Assembly (NCBI GenBank): GCA_003614675.1
Contig: ML002229.1
Span: forward strand, 1-64,000
Origin: Dimargaris cristalligena
Lineage: Eukaryota
DNA length: 64,000 bases
Direction: 5' to 3'
Shown here: positions 36,365-48,637 of the stretch, piece by piece
How the letters are laid out: each line of letters opens with the position of its first letter
Position numbering within the stretch: the stretch's first letter is position 1
Translations under genes and position numbers: made by a program
Notes under the pieces: generated by a model
Seen by the model: only the letters and a program-made list of their open reading frames with translations
Told to the model about the DNA's origin: nothing
Database searches by the model: none

Positions 36365-37945
36365 TTAGATATCGAGTAATAGCTCATCGCGAATTGCGTC
36401 GGGGAGGAAGGGCCGCTGTACTCTCGGTCCTGGCAGAGCCTGCTTGAGCTGGGTTATATCTGCCAATATGCCTAGAACCGAGGCCCCTTCAAAATGGATA
36501 TAGAGTGGATTGTAAAGTGTATCCAGGCACAGCTGCCCCCAATCGTGGCCATTATTGACCGTCACCTGCCACAGTTTCCGCATCCTCCGCATCCCCTGGA
36601 GCAGTCCGAATTCATCGGCACAATAAATCAGTCTCTCCCGGTCGGTATCTTTCGGCACCCAGTCGGCAAAGCGACCGGGGGCCCGGTCATGGAGTCCGGT
36701 TTCCATGGCCCACAGCAAAGCCAGCTGCCGCAGTTCGGTGGGGAGACGGTGGGGGTCATTGCCCCTAGTAGGTATGTGGTTGAGCACCTGAATCAAGGCA
36801 TCGGCATTGCCTTCGGCCACTGCCAGGGCCACGATGAAGGTGGTGTAGTGGCGGTACAAACCGGTCCAGGCCGTGTCCATATCCACCAGATTGACATAGC
36901 GGCGGTGCCGGGGGTTGGTCAAAACGCCTATGCGAGGTGGGAGGGACCGGCCCAGCGAATCGCGGAACTCCACCTCCGCTAGCCGGTCCTGGAGCAGGTT
37001 CAAACTGGCCCGCAGGGTATCAAATTGGCCCCCCCGGATCAGACTCAGGATCGGAAAAGACTGAGCCTTTTGTAAGGGCGTCAGGGAATAGTATGCGACA
37101 TAATGCCAGCCCACCAGGAGTTCGCCACGGTGGCGGTTTCGGTAGTGGGCGAGGTAGGCCCGCGGACCGACGGGAAATTGTAACAGTTGGAGCTCATGTC
37201 CCTGGAGAATGCGGCTATAGAGAGTTTCGGTCCGATCCATAATACCGATAATTTCGTGACTCGCGAGGGAATAAAGGGCTACGGCCGATAACGCCAGCAG
37301 GGCGGAATCCGCGGCTTCCACCGATCCGTTACTAGAGCTGCTCAGTAGACTCGAGTATTTGCCATTATTCTACGAATTAGCCGTCATTATAAAAGCAGGA
37401 AGTGGATGTCATCGGGCCAAGATGCACAAATACACACGAAAACAAGTCAATGAGTCGGCTAATTGGCCAGGATGCGGTGTGGTACGACTTGAAACCCAAT
37501 TGGCCCACGGCTCCTCTTCCCAAATTAGGTATTACGGTCAGGTTAGCAGAGTAGGCCAGCAGGACACCACCCCCTTTTCCCTGAAACGGGAATTTGGGAT
37601 AATAGAAAGCATACTTACAATAATATCAACATGCTGCGCGGTTCCCCTGATTAAATGATCATGTAGTCGAGATGTCTGCCGCATGCGAGCGAGAGTCGGG
37701 GGGGCCATGTAGCCAAGCATTATCTTTCGAAGTTCCAAAGGAAGGTGGTCAAATTGGTTTCTTGAAGAGAGATGTTGGCTCGGTGGTGGTGATGGGTAAT
37801 TTATCGGTCGAGTGGCTGGGTATGGTGCAACAGCCTGTCTACGACTGTCCTTCGAATTCGAATTCGAAGAGTTAGCCAGGCCCGGTAAAGTAGCGGCTAT
37901 CAAAAGGACCCCCAAGGCACTCAGGAGAAGCCGCCACTTATCCAT
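36365..37945 (-). CDS. Secreted protein with an N-terminal F-box-like motif, 2 exons: 37945-37619, 37369-36365
   Basis: Signal peptide MDKWRLLLSALGVLLIAATLPGLA, then FDHLPLELRKIMLGYMAPPTLARMRQTSRLH. A phase-0 intron (GTAAGT...CGTAG) joins it in frame to the 318-aa ORF. Confidence 0.75.
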
Positions 37946-38555
37946 GTACACGATTCAAAATAGCCGAAAATGGAGTGAGTGGGAGAAATTAAAAACAGAC
38001 GGGCGGATGCAATGGCGTGATTGATGATGGAGATTTTCTGTATATATTTAGGGGCGAAGTTACATCTTTATATATAGATAATTCCCTTTTAGTACACAAA
38101 AAATCAAAAACAATAGTGCTGCATTGAGCAATTATAGAGATAATAGACTAAAATGATGCGCAGTTAAGCCTAGCCAGAGGATTTCATCGAAAATAAAATG
38201 TTGTACTTTGTATTCCCTATAGTCGATCCGATTTTTGGCAAGTGGCACCAGTAGTATGAAGGGATTGAGGGAGAGTAAAGGTGTTCTACATAACTATTAT
38301 TATAATATGCTAAACAAAATGTACCATTGGTGGCTAACAGAGAGCTACAGTATCTTCTTTTTGGGGATTTTATGCAACGTCGGAATGTCGCACGAGATGC
38401 AGTGTGAGAGGCCAATCGTATCGCTGACGATTAGCTGCCGCTGCCATTATACTTTAACTAGATCGCCTTTTATTTTCGTTTAACAGACTTAAATATATAG
38501 TTAAAGTCAGGGACTCTCCAATATAGCTCGCTGTCAGTAAATAGGATGCCGACTT

Positions 38556-38583
38556 TAATAATAATAATAATAATAATAATAAT
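38556..38583. repeat. (AAT)n microsatellite
   Basis: taataataataataataataataataat read directly. Confidence 0.9.
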
Positions 38584-39837
38584 ATTCATTGGTAATGTGC
38601 TTCAGAAGATGAGAAATAGGTGACTATCGCAGACTGTAGATGCATCCGAAAGTCCTCTCAGCACTATTATCCGTGAATGTTGTCATTTGAATATTTACAT
38701 GCCCAACCGCCACCCGTTGAGTAGTTCAAGGTCAACCACGTAGGAAGGACTCAAACGCCAGCGTAGCGGACACCTTTCCGTAGCAGTTGTTTTTGATTTC
38801 ACAGCTATTTGAATTATAATTATCCGACAAGTGTGTGTGTGTGGGAGGATAGGGGTTGTGCTTAATTTTAAAAGACTAGTGGGCGTATCAGTTGATTCCA
38901 AATTGGTCTGACCACCCGGCCAAATGAAAAAAAGGGGGTACTACGGCCGTGGACCAATACAACTTTTTTTACACCAATGTACCAAAACCAATGGGTAGAA
39001 CTAAAAGTTTCGGTATAACCAATTTTCCGGACGAAAGCTAACCATTGCCTCGGGGGGTAACCCGAAACGGCGCCCTAGTGAAACTTAGGCAGCGATGGCT
39101 AAAAATAATAACTGGGTCAGAGTTAGGGAAAGCGGAATCCTTTTTCTTGACTATATACTATTGGGGTAATGCAGAGTGGACCATATTTCCATCAATACAT
39201 AATGGAGAGAGGGGACGCTTATGGCCAATTGTGGGTGAGACGAGAGGGATAAAGACCTAGGATCCCGATCGATGGGTATCAGATACCTAATGCCCAAGCC
39301 AGCCGATGAGGAAAGGGCCCTGGCAGTTGGAAAGATATCGTGATAACAGCGCTTCCGTCGTCAGCCGGCATTGTGAAAGGGAAAATGTGAATAAAACCTA
39401 AAGTTCCCTATTTAGTCATAATTGCTGTAATTATCAGCAACCGTCGCCCCCAATGGGCAATGGTAATGTAACCGACCACACTAGTATTACGCCGCAGCGC
39501 TATAGGAGATTTGTGTAACAACCAGTTTGAGAGAGGGAGTGAGGACATTCCCCCGAGTTTAGTCAGCAGCCGTATACTTTAAAGTAAATTTCTCTTATTG
39601 ATTTCTCGCTTATAGAGTAAAACTATTCGACAGGCAACTGTAAGGTGTGCCTATCCCAATTGGCTGCTTTGGTGTGTTTCAAAAGGGTTTATTGTTTGAC
39701 ATTAACTATAGAAACAACGCAACGGCTTCTCTTTAAACGACAGCTACTTATTCACTAAAATTGGCCCACTATCCCATCCAGCAGACCTCATTTCATTAGT
39801 AGGATTAATCTTAATATCGGTACTATTATTCTTTGGC

Positions 39838-41184
39838 TTACAAGTAGATATCGGCCTGCTGCATCAACTCCCGGAACTCATAACGCATTTGGTCACAATA
39901 CGCGTCGAGGGGCAGGTCATTGCGATCGTATCCAAAGGGGTTTTCGATTTCCGCCGAGATGCCCTCCATACCGTAAAAGATAAAGGCGGAGAGGGCCATG
40001 ACGGGAACAAAAGACCAGCCCAGGGCCGGGAAGAGGACCATGGGAAGGGCCATAATGTAAAGGGTGATGATTTGCTTGAGATAGATCTTGAAGACCAGCG
40101 GGGACGGGGTGGTGAGGATCCGCTCGCAGGTCACGAAGACTTCCTGAAGGGCCTGGACCTGGCTGATCAAAGGAGCGATCAGAGTGGGACCAATCGGGCC
40201 ATCCGATATGGCCGTGACGGTGGTGTTGGCCTGATCGGGAGAAGAAGCAGGCGGGCTGGTAGGGGGACGACTGGCGGTCAAAGTACGGAGGTACAATTGG
40301 CGAATTAACAGCAGAGGCAAAAGGTTATCATCGCCGAGCAGACTGGCATTAACTGTGTGGCAGAGCGACGGGTCACCCAAGGGGGAAGCGGACAAAGGCG
40401 GGCTGCTGCTGTTTCCGCCGATGTTGGATGTCGGAGCGTTGGGGCCGTCATGGATTTCACGCAGGGCCTGCAAAATAAACGACCGCTCCCGCTCGGAATC
40501 GGTCCGGAAATAACCCGCCTTTTCGAGGGCGTGTCGGTGTTCTTGGGGCATAGCCTGCAGCGAGGCGGGATCGAGTAGAACTAGGAAATCGGCGTAGAAT
40601 AAGCCGTTTTCCAAACGGAGGTAGTGTTTCAAAGCAATTGCATAGGCGAGGGCCAGACGGGCGATGGTCAGATAGGCCGCTTTGGCTTCCGGTGAGGGAG
40701 TGGTGTCGGGCTCCGAAGAGGTAGACGAGGAGGAAGAGGAGGTGGAAGTCGTCGTCCGCACGGGCCCACCGAGCGCTTGGCGAACTTCGGGGTCAAGGGC
40801 CAGCGAGACCTGGCGTTGGATAGTACGCACGTGACTAAATAACGCGGACCACTGTTTACGGCCCTCCCAGTACCGGTCGTAGGCCTGGTTACTCCGGAAC
40901 CCAAGCATGAGCCCAAGGACCATGGACAATAGACTGACGAAATGACTGGCCATGCCACTCCGTTTGGCTTGGTTGGCCTCAGGGGTCGGGGTTCCCATCA
41001 CGAAGGCATAGGTAATGGCGTAGACAACGGTCAGGGTAATGGGCAGAAGCGCGCGGGGGAGGACGCTGCCCCGGATCGTGAAGAAGGTCCACGGCGGGCG
41101 GAGGGCCTCTAGGCTGTACTGTTGACACAGCTCCCAGGCGGACAGCTCGGTCAGGTCATCTTCATGGTCCGAATCGTTCGACAT
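39838..41184 (-). CDS. Bestrophin-like UPF0187/YneE-family anion channel
   Basis: Motifs LGLMLGFRSNQAYDRYWEGRKQW, CERILTTPSP and EIENPFGYDRNDLPLD, with hydrophobic helices. Intronless; ATG at 41184. Confidence 0.9.
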   Translation of the reverse strand: MSNDSDHEDDLTELSAWELCQQYSLEALRPPWTFFTIRGSVLPRALLPITLTVVYAITYAFVMGTPTPEANQAKRSGMASHFVSLLSMVLGLMLGFRSNQAYDRYWEGRKQWSALFSHVRTIQRQVSLALDPEVRQALGGPVRTTTSTSSSSSSTSSEPDTTPSPEAKAAYLTIARLALAYAIALKHYLRLENGLFYADFLVLLDPASLQAMPQEHRHALEKAGYFRTDSERERSFILQALREIHDGPNAPTSNIGGNSSSPPLSASPLGDPSLCHTVNASLLGDDNLLPLLLIRQLYLRTLTASRPPTSPPASSPDQANTTVTAISDGPIGPTLIAPLISQVQALQEVFVTCERILTTPSPLVFKIYLKQIITLYIMALPMVLFPALGWSFVPVMALSAFIFYGMEGISAEIENPFGYDRNDLPLDAYCDQMRYEFRELMQQADIYL

Positions 41185-41719
41185 GGCGGTGGTGGGCAGT
41201 AAGAGATTGCGAGCACCCAAGGGTAATAATGCCTATTAACAATACGCAGGGTGGAAAGAAGTCTTAGAGTTGAGGACAATACCAGTTCTCTTCCCAGCTA
41301 TTAAATACAAATGCATTCGCTATGAGGGGAGGGGCTAGCGGAGCCTCTCCTCCGTTCTTCATGGTGTATATCGGCCGTTGAATGCTTGGCGATGCAGCTG
41401 AGTATAGTCGTGTGAGTAGCGAGGCATATTCGCGGAGAGTAATAGACCAAATAAACTGTGGGAAGGGATTCGTCCGCTATTTTCCTTCACATTGCCTGGT
41501 CTTGGCGCTGGATAATCATATAATTATTATTATTTTTACTAGGACAAATACGAGTTCGGATCAATGACGTTTGGTTTATTGGAAGGGGGGAATATGGAGG
41601 TTGAATGGCTGAGCTGATTAGTAACATGTTGCATACATGAAACACCTCCCCGAACTCTAGGGCTTCTGACATGTAGCAAAAAACAATAATATATATATCC
41701 TCAGCAAACTCCAACACGT

Positions 41720-42887
41720 CTATGACCTATCTCGGCGGCTATCATGGCGATCCTCCGGGTCCCGTCTGGAATGGTGCGATCGGTGCCGCCGGGGGGAACG
41801 TGGCCGATAGCGATCAGGCGACCGACTCTGACGCCGGCTTTCATGACCGTGTCGCCGCTCTTCCGATGACCTATCGGACGGGGTTTCCCGGGGACGGTCG
41901 GGGTTACGGTCCCGGGGCTTGGCTGAAGCCGGCAAGGCTGACGATGGCGATGATGGTAGTGGTGGTGGGCGTGATGGTGATAGGGGCGGGGAAGTCGGCT
42001 GGCGGTGGTGGCGGGAAGTGGAGGAGCGAGAAGTCCGATCACGGCTCTGGTTTCGACGTCGGTGGCGCTCACTACGTTCGGAAGTCCGGTGACTGCGCTT
42101 ATCAGATTTGCTATCGGTTTGGCTACGCTTCTGCTTTTTAGCCTCCTTTTCCGCCTTCTTGAGCCGTTTGGCGGCCGCCCGTTGGGCCAGTAGTTTTTGC
42201 ATGTAGACCTGTTCCTGCTGCTTGATTAGGAACAGGGGGTCTTCGCGCACTTTGGCCTGGGTGTCCCGGAGACTGTTGGCGTTGGCGTGGGTGTTGCCCA
42301 GGGTCGAGAAATCTTCGATGCCCTGGATTCGTGGATAAGGGGGGGATTTTAAAAGGGAATATACCAGCAGTCGGGGAGTGTTAGTTACAGATGCTGCAAT
42401 TTAGTCGAGGTTGTCAAATTATATGGCCAAATAAGCCGACTCAATAATCTATATATATATATATATAGAGCGACCCTTATTGAGGAACGCCGATTATATT
42501 AATGCATAAATGTAGAAGAAAAATAGAGGGGTGAGGGCTTACCTTGGCTTCAGGGTCAGGTTGACGATCAAGTAGGGTATCGACTCTCCGGCGACCCAGC
42601 AGGTAATCTTCTCGTTCCTCATCGTTCTCCACCTCGCCCTGGGCGCCCATGCCCGTACCACCCCCGGTGTACATCCAGTCCAGGCGTTCGGATTTAGTCT
42701 TATGACCCGCGTTTTCTTGCAGCTGCTGTAGTTCTTCGAGGGCCCGTTCTTCGGCCCGCTCCTTCCGGAGCTGCTCGGTTTTGGCCTTCTCCTCCTCCGC
42801 GCGCTGTTCCGCTTTCCAGAGTTTCTCCTGGTTGCGGAACGTGAGCGGGTGCCACGATTTCTTCATGTTCAAGTCGCCGCCCCCCAT
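41720..42887 (-). CDS. CWC25: Pre-mRNA splicing factor Cwc25, 2 exons: 42887-42543, 42322-41720
   Basis: MGGGDLNMKKSWHP, ERLDWMY, EDYLLG, RDTQAKVREDPLFLIK, and an RS-rich C-terminus. Confidence 0.93.
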
Positions 42888-43629
42888 GGTGTCGTGTCTG
42901 TGCTATACGCGTCGGGAGGTGGGGAAGATAGGTAAAGGATGGTGGTGGTGGTACTAATGATACTGGGGGAAGTAAAAATAGAGTACAGAGAAATTGGCAA
43001 TGTGAAGAAAGAACAATGTCGGAATGGGAAGAAAAACCAGTCAAATACGGTGGCTCTATTTCTCCCATACTCTAGGAAATAAGAGGCCACTTTATCCGTC
43101 ACCCTTATTCTATTGCATGGTTAGAAGGGGAAAGGGGCTTGCTGTTGGTTCCTCCTACTATTTATTTAATGCTATAATCTTTATTGGGCGTTGAACTTAC
43201 TGCAACTAACTGGTCAAGCAAGGCCGCTTGCTTCGTATACTACTTATATTACATTATGATTATACTATTACTACGGCACTTGGTAGGCTGGGGAAACCCT
43301 GCTGCTGACGCCCCTTTTATCGGAGAATTCCACCAATGTTAGCCGCCTTCGTATGTATTTATCACCATTACCTTGTCAAAAGGGCCGAAACTGTTACACG
43401 TCACAGCAGCCAGCGGTTCCCCCAGTATATATATATTTCACTTATTTATTAACCCTCTATACGCCCTTTTTCGAACGGACCTTTATTTACCGAGTTGTTG
43501 GTTAAACCACCAACCCCACCAGAGAGTTTATTTCCCAAGTATTTCTTCCCTATACCCCTCCCCTTTCCTTCATACACCACCACCACCGCTTACACCCTTC
43601 CCTTGGGAGACCTCTACCTGCCGCCCCCC

Positions 43630-44352
43630 ATGGTCCGGCCCCTGGCCTTCGGGTACCGTCTCGCTTCGGCCGCGTACTTCACCTATATTATCGCCATTCT
43701 CCCGGTCCTCCCGCCCGCATTGGCCGGTCTCGGCGGCCACTACCAATTCCTGACCATCAATGGCCTGACCCTAACCACCGTGGCCCTCTACATTGGCGCA
43801 CTGGCCGCCCTATTCGATTCCCCCCACCCGAACGGCAACGGCAACAGCAAAACCAACCCCGGTAGCCCCCCCGCAACGGTTCTTCAGGCCGTCTGGCATT
43901 TCCTGTTGGCCGTGGCCCTACCCGTCGAACTCATCATTTCCCTGCTCTACTGGTCGATTGTGTCGTTGAACAGCGACTTCATGTTCATGGCCGGCCAGGT
44001 CATTCTGTTTCCCCCGTGGCTGGACCTTAGTCTACACCTGGCGCCCGCCCTGGTATTGCTCGTCAGTTTCGCCCGAGCCCACGGCCAGATCGTGCCCCGT
44101 CGGGCCCACCTGGTCTTCTTGACTCTGTTCGGCCTGGCCTACTTCGGGTGGATGCACATCGTATTCTACTACGGGGGTAACTGGCCCTATCCGTTCCTGG
44201 CTTTGATGACCCATACCCAACGTATTTTGTTCTCGGCTTCGGCGCTGGTGGTTCTTTTGCTGGTCTACTACGGCAGCTTTACTTTGGCCCGTCTTGTTCT
44301 GGGAACCCCTCAAACATCCGTCCCCACCATCCCGACTAAGAAGGCCGCTTAG
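43630..44352 (+). CDS. FAR-17a/AIG1/ADTRP-family membrane hydrolase
   Basis: GGHYQFLTI (Thr nucleophile motif), LIISLLYW, DLSLHLAP (His), WPYPFL; six hydrophobic helices; C-terminal KKAA fits a KKxx ER-retrieval signal. Confidence 0.88.
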   Translation: MVRPLAFGYRLASAAYFTYIIAILPVLPPALAGLGGHYQFLTINGLTLTTVALYIGALAALFDSPHPNGNGNSKTNPGSPPATVLQAVWHFLLAVALPVELIISLLYWSIVSLNSDFMFMAGQVILFPPWLDLSLHLAPALVLLVSFARAHGQIVPRRAHLVFLTLFGLAYFGWMHIVFYYGGNWPYPFLALMTHTQRILFSASALVVLLLVYYGSFTLARLVLGTPQTSVPTIPTKKAA

Positions 44353-44581
44353 TTGCCCGAATCAATGCGCTTTATAATGTATATATATATATATATACTT
44401 TATTATATAAATGGAAATAAACACCTGTATCTAGAGCCCCATAGCCAAATATTGGAATAGAGAGAGTTAGGCTGGTACTTATGAACAATATCGCCTTATC
44501 TGACGCATGTGGATTGTACAGCTTAGTTATAATTAGTGAGGTGAGGCCTAATGCGTAGGGGTCTTCCTCCTCATAAATTGT

Positions 44582-46636
44582 TTATTCGCCCTTGTAAATC
44601 GGGGTGCGCTTCTCTCTGAATGCAGTCAGTCCCTCGATGCGATCGGTAGTGGGCAGAACTTGGGCGTAGCAGAGCTGCTCTACGGTCAGACCCGAAGTCA
44701 GATCCAGCTGAACACCACAGTCCAGGGCCTGTTTGGCCATGCGGATGGCGACTGGTCCCCGGGGGATGATGTTCCGACTGATTTCAAGTGCCTTTTCATA
44801 ACTGGATTCTTCAGGCACGGCGTGGTTCAGGATACCTGTAGGACCAATGCGCCAGTCATGGTATATATATATATATAGATATATAGATTTTTGCAAGGTT
44901 AACATGGCGAAGTGGGATATACTACAGCTATCAAAAGAGCCTTGTCATGCTTTCATTGCAAATAAACATGGTCTTCATTGCTTATAAAGATGTATGTATG
45001 TAAACTTTTCGAACATTACCTATACTTTGGGCCTGAGTCGCATTGCAAATTTGGGCTGTATAGATCAGTTCTTTGGCCTTGGCCAGTCCAATGAGGCGCG
45101 ATAGGCGCTGGGTGCCTCCCGCACTACAAGCAACGTTCGAGTACCAAAAACCAAGATTGTGTGAGATAAAGTTAGATGTTTCAGCTCGATAGCCACTTTA
45201 TATATTACCTGCCTGCAACGTAGTCATTACATATACGGTATAGAAAATGGTATTCCGAACTTACCCAGGAATAATGGCCAAGCGGGTCTCGGTCAAGCCC
45301 AATTTGGATTTACTGCCTATTAATGAACAGGTGATGCGTTAGAAAAAGGAAACAATACAGCAACGTGAGCTCATTATTCGAAATTTAAGTAGTCGCCGGG
45401 ATTGCGAACAGCCCCGGCGGTTTCATCAAGTATAAATGCAAGTAAATTATATTCTACTTACCGCCTACTCTCATGTCACAACATAGGGCCATCTCTAAGC
45501 CTCCCCCGAGCGCGGCGCCGTCAACAGAAGCTATGGTCGGAACGGGAAGGGCCTATAAGGAGGAGGTTAATCGATAGTCGAGATTTAATCATTGATGTAC
45601 GCCAAAGTTAATTGGAGTTGAGTTCTCTCGATTATATCCGAATCCACCTGATAACACCACGTTAATATATAAATAATGAAACTATGATGTATTTACCTCC
45701 AGATCACAGAATGTCTGTCGTAGAGTAGCCAGGAACTTGCGAACTTCGGGCGTGGTCATTGTGGCACGTTCCTAGTGCGGATAACGAGTAGGAGAGATAA
45801 GGCACCAGGGCCAGTTAAATATTAGGTATTGTCATAATGGCAGGAAAATGGTGGTGTTCTATGTAGGTCAGAGTTTTTGCAAAGTCACCAACTTGTCAAT
45901 ATAGCTTAATTGAGCAGAAAGGTGTATATTTTTATAATGAATAGCTTACTTTGAGATCCGCACCGGCGCAGAAAACGCCATCGACTAGACTGCGGAGGAT
46001 GACCACCCGGGGTTGGCTAGACGTTATAATAGTAATAATAATAAGCACAGGGTATGTGTGAGTGGGATCATATAGAAGGTCAGCTATCAAATTTTTTACC
46101 ATAGGCGGTGCCGGGAGAAGTGCGTTGGGAGTAACGTATGTGTGTTTACAGGGTCGGTGCCCTTCGTGACTAGCTCTAAATCATTTATAAATCCGCACTC
46201 CGCCAGTTACCTTTCGAAACGAAGCTTGTCGATACATTGGCGGAATTCAGTTAGGAACTGAACCGATATGGCGTTCTTGGCCTTGGGGCGGTCCAGGTTA
46301 ATGATGCTGATACCTGAGTACGTATAGTCAACATTGAGCGGAGTAATTATCGTTAGAGGAGTAGCCAAAAATATATTTCTAGGGCGACGGTGGTGACGAG
46401 TACCTATGGAAGAATAGGAGGAAGACCATCGTGGTAGATTTATATGTATGTGGCTAATAGTTGGGGGGGGTCGACCTACCTTCGTCGGCCCCTTTGAGTT
46501 CTTCGAGGTAGCAAACGGCCGACTGGGCGTGTATGGCGGGGGCCACGGAATGACAGCGAGTGCCGGGTAAGCGAGCCCCTTGGACAGCGCCCATGCGATG
46601 AGGCAAGCCACGAACGGAGCGGAGGATGAGAGACAT
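44582..46636 (-). CDS. Mitochondrial enoyl-CoA hydratase/isomerase, methylglutaconyl-CoA hydratase (AUH)-like, 8 exons
   Basis: Spliced motifs [83 protein letters not shown] and [22 protein letters not shown]. Confidence 0.92.
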
Positions 46637-46678
46637 GGTGTGGCGGGGAATAAAGAGGAGGGTGTGTAGGTAGGGGGA

Positions 46679-46684
<6 letters not shown>

Positions 46685-46716
<32 letters not shown>
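46685..46716. repeat. (GA)n microsatellite in the hydratase 5' leader
   Basis: Run of about 15 GA units read directly. Confidence 0.9.
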
Positions 46717-46720
<4 letters not shown>

Positions 46721-47196
46721 GTTACAAGAAGAAACGAAGGAAACAGCCAACCTGAGTTTTGTGGGGAGAGGGGAAGCAAGTCACAAACTTGGTCAACCCC
46801 GCCTATTTCGCTCTCCTGAAGTAGCTGGTCTCTCCCCAAAGGATACTGCTGAGCCACTTAGGTTGGCCGAAGGAGAGGAGGATGTGAACAAAACCCAACA
46901 ATATCACTAGTTATGTATGGCATGAGGCTGTCTTTTGGGGCGGGGATTAATCCCATTAAGTAACCCTCTTGCTGTGCAGGTGATGGGTGAAAAGCAGATC
47001 ATTAGAGGTGCGAAATATCCCCCACATTGGCTCTGTTAATTTGCCTGAGGCCTCATTACACACAGCTACGGGTAACCTGGCCAATCGTATTGGAGGAGCA
47101 TTACCGTCACTATAAATCACCGCCATTCCAATCGAGCGTGATGGGCGGGGACGGCCGGCCCCGTTCCGAGAATTAAGATGTATAAGGGTTGGGTAC

Positions 47197-47340
47197 ATAT
47201 GGGAGAAGTTCATCCAAGCTGTATAACGAAAAATCCATTAGATTCGGCCAATATTACTAGTTAAAAATAAAATTCCCATATATTCTCCCATACACGTATA
47301 ATGTAAACCCTTATATAGTTGGGCTGGATTTCACCCATAT
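47197..47340 (+). mobile_element. 144-bp MITE-like element, copy C
   Basis: ATATGGGAGAAGTTCATCCAAGCTGTATAACGAAAAATCC...TTATATAGTTGGGCTGGATTTCACCCATAT; same length as, and colinear with, copies A and B. Confidence 0.8.
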
Positions 47341-47820
47341 TAAACCAAAGGTGCTGCGAAGAGCCCCCCACTCGCGATAAATAGAGACATACGGTCAAGA
47401 CGTATTTCTGAAGGCCAAATGTCCGGTAAACTGGCAGCGGCAAATACAAAATAAAGACGATTTGCAATTTATTGATTGATATCGAATGCAGCTTAACTGC
47501 CCCTCAGCACGACTACACCGATCAATTGAAAATAAAAATGGATTTTAAAAGGGCCAGGAATTCGCTAATGCCGAGAAATCATTGAAAACCCGGCTCAATA
47601 AAAACAGGCAATGCTAATAGCAGCTCCGGGTATAAAAAATAATAATATAGAAAACCGCTATTGTCATTACCAAATGGTAAATAATTCGCCCGAAATTGGA
47701 ATAGGCAAAAAAAATAAACAAAGAAGAAGCCGCCCTCTCCTCGGGGGACAGGAAAAGCGGACATCTCTATGATCCACCCACCCTCTATGAGGCCAAAAAA
47801 GAGTTCGGATATAATTTAAT

Positions 47821-48637
47821 CTAGACATTATAACCGACCACGTTCCGTCGACCAATCATTTCACCAATCAGGAAAAAGCCGCTGATTTCAATGCCCACCA
47901 AGGCACCCTTGGCCAAGTCCTCCTTGGTCAAACTCTTCAGCCTATCCGTCTTGAGCAGGTCCATCAGCTGCTTGCGGGCCTGGTGCCATTCCTGGGGCGA
48001 AGGAGGCGCGAGTTGCTCCTTGTTGTACACCTGCTTGGCGACTTCCTTGGTAACACGGGCCCAGTACACGGTGCAGTCAGCGAAGCCTATCGGGGGAAAA
48101 TAAGGGGGGCGAGTATGCAACATAAAGAAGGGTTAGTGATATGGTAATAAACCAACAAAATAACAACACGCGACTCGGATACGAACTGTCCAAGGGTATG
48201 GCAAGTAACCGGTGACCACCCCCCCCCCCCCTCGGCCCACCTGATCGTATGTCAATGGGGAATGCTTGACGGAGGACGAGGACCAATGCAAGTCCTACTA
48301 CATCCAAAGTACCCGCGATCCGACCAGGCGCGCATATATTCACGTAGAAAAGAGTACCTCTCAGGTTAGGTCGTTCTCCCACCGGTCCGAAAGCATTTCG
48401 GCAGCGGTGGTAAGATATTATATATATATATATATATATATATAAATGTAGAGACATACCGCTAATTTTGGGGGACAGACCAGCGACGGATTTGGACAGA
48501 TTACCGGCTTGGGTGGCGGCGATGGACGAGGCCTTGGAGGCGAAAACCTTGGACTTGTCCAGGATCTCCTGGGTGTTGATGTTACGGGTGAACTGGCGAG
48601 AAGCCGCGGACACACGGGAAAACAGTTGGGCGTTCAT
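47821..48637 (-). CDS. ATP20: Mitochondrial ATP synthase subunit g, 2 exons: 48637-48460, 48086-47821
   Basis: VYWARVTKEVAKQVYNKEQLAPPS and GIEISGFFLIGEMIGRRNVVGYNV signature. Confidence 0.93.

Noticed and set aside
46840..46849. Second GTATCCTTT (minus strand) upstream of the hydratase gene
   Set aside because: No matching U12 branch site and acceptor downstream; compatible with chance.
48230..48400. Possible H/ACA snoRNA in the longer-than-usual ATP20 intron
   Set aside because: Hairpins and an ACA are present, but there is no proper ANANNA H box between them.
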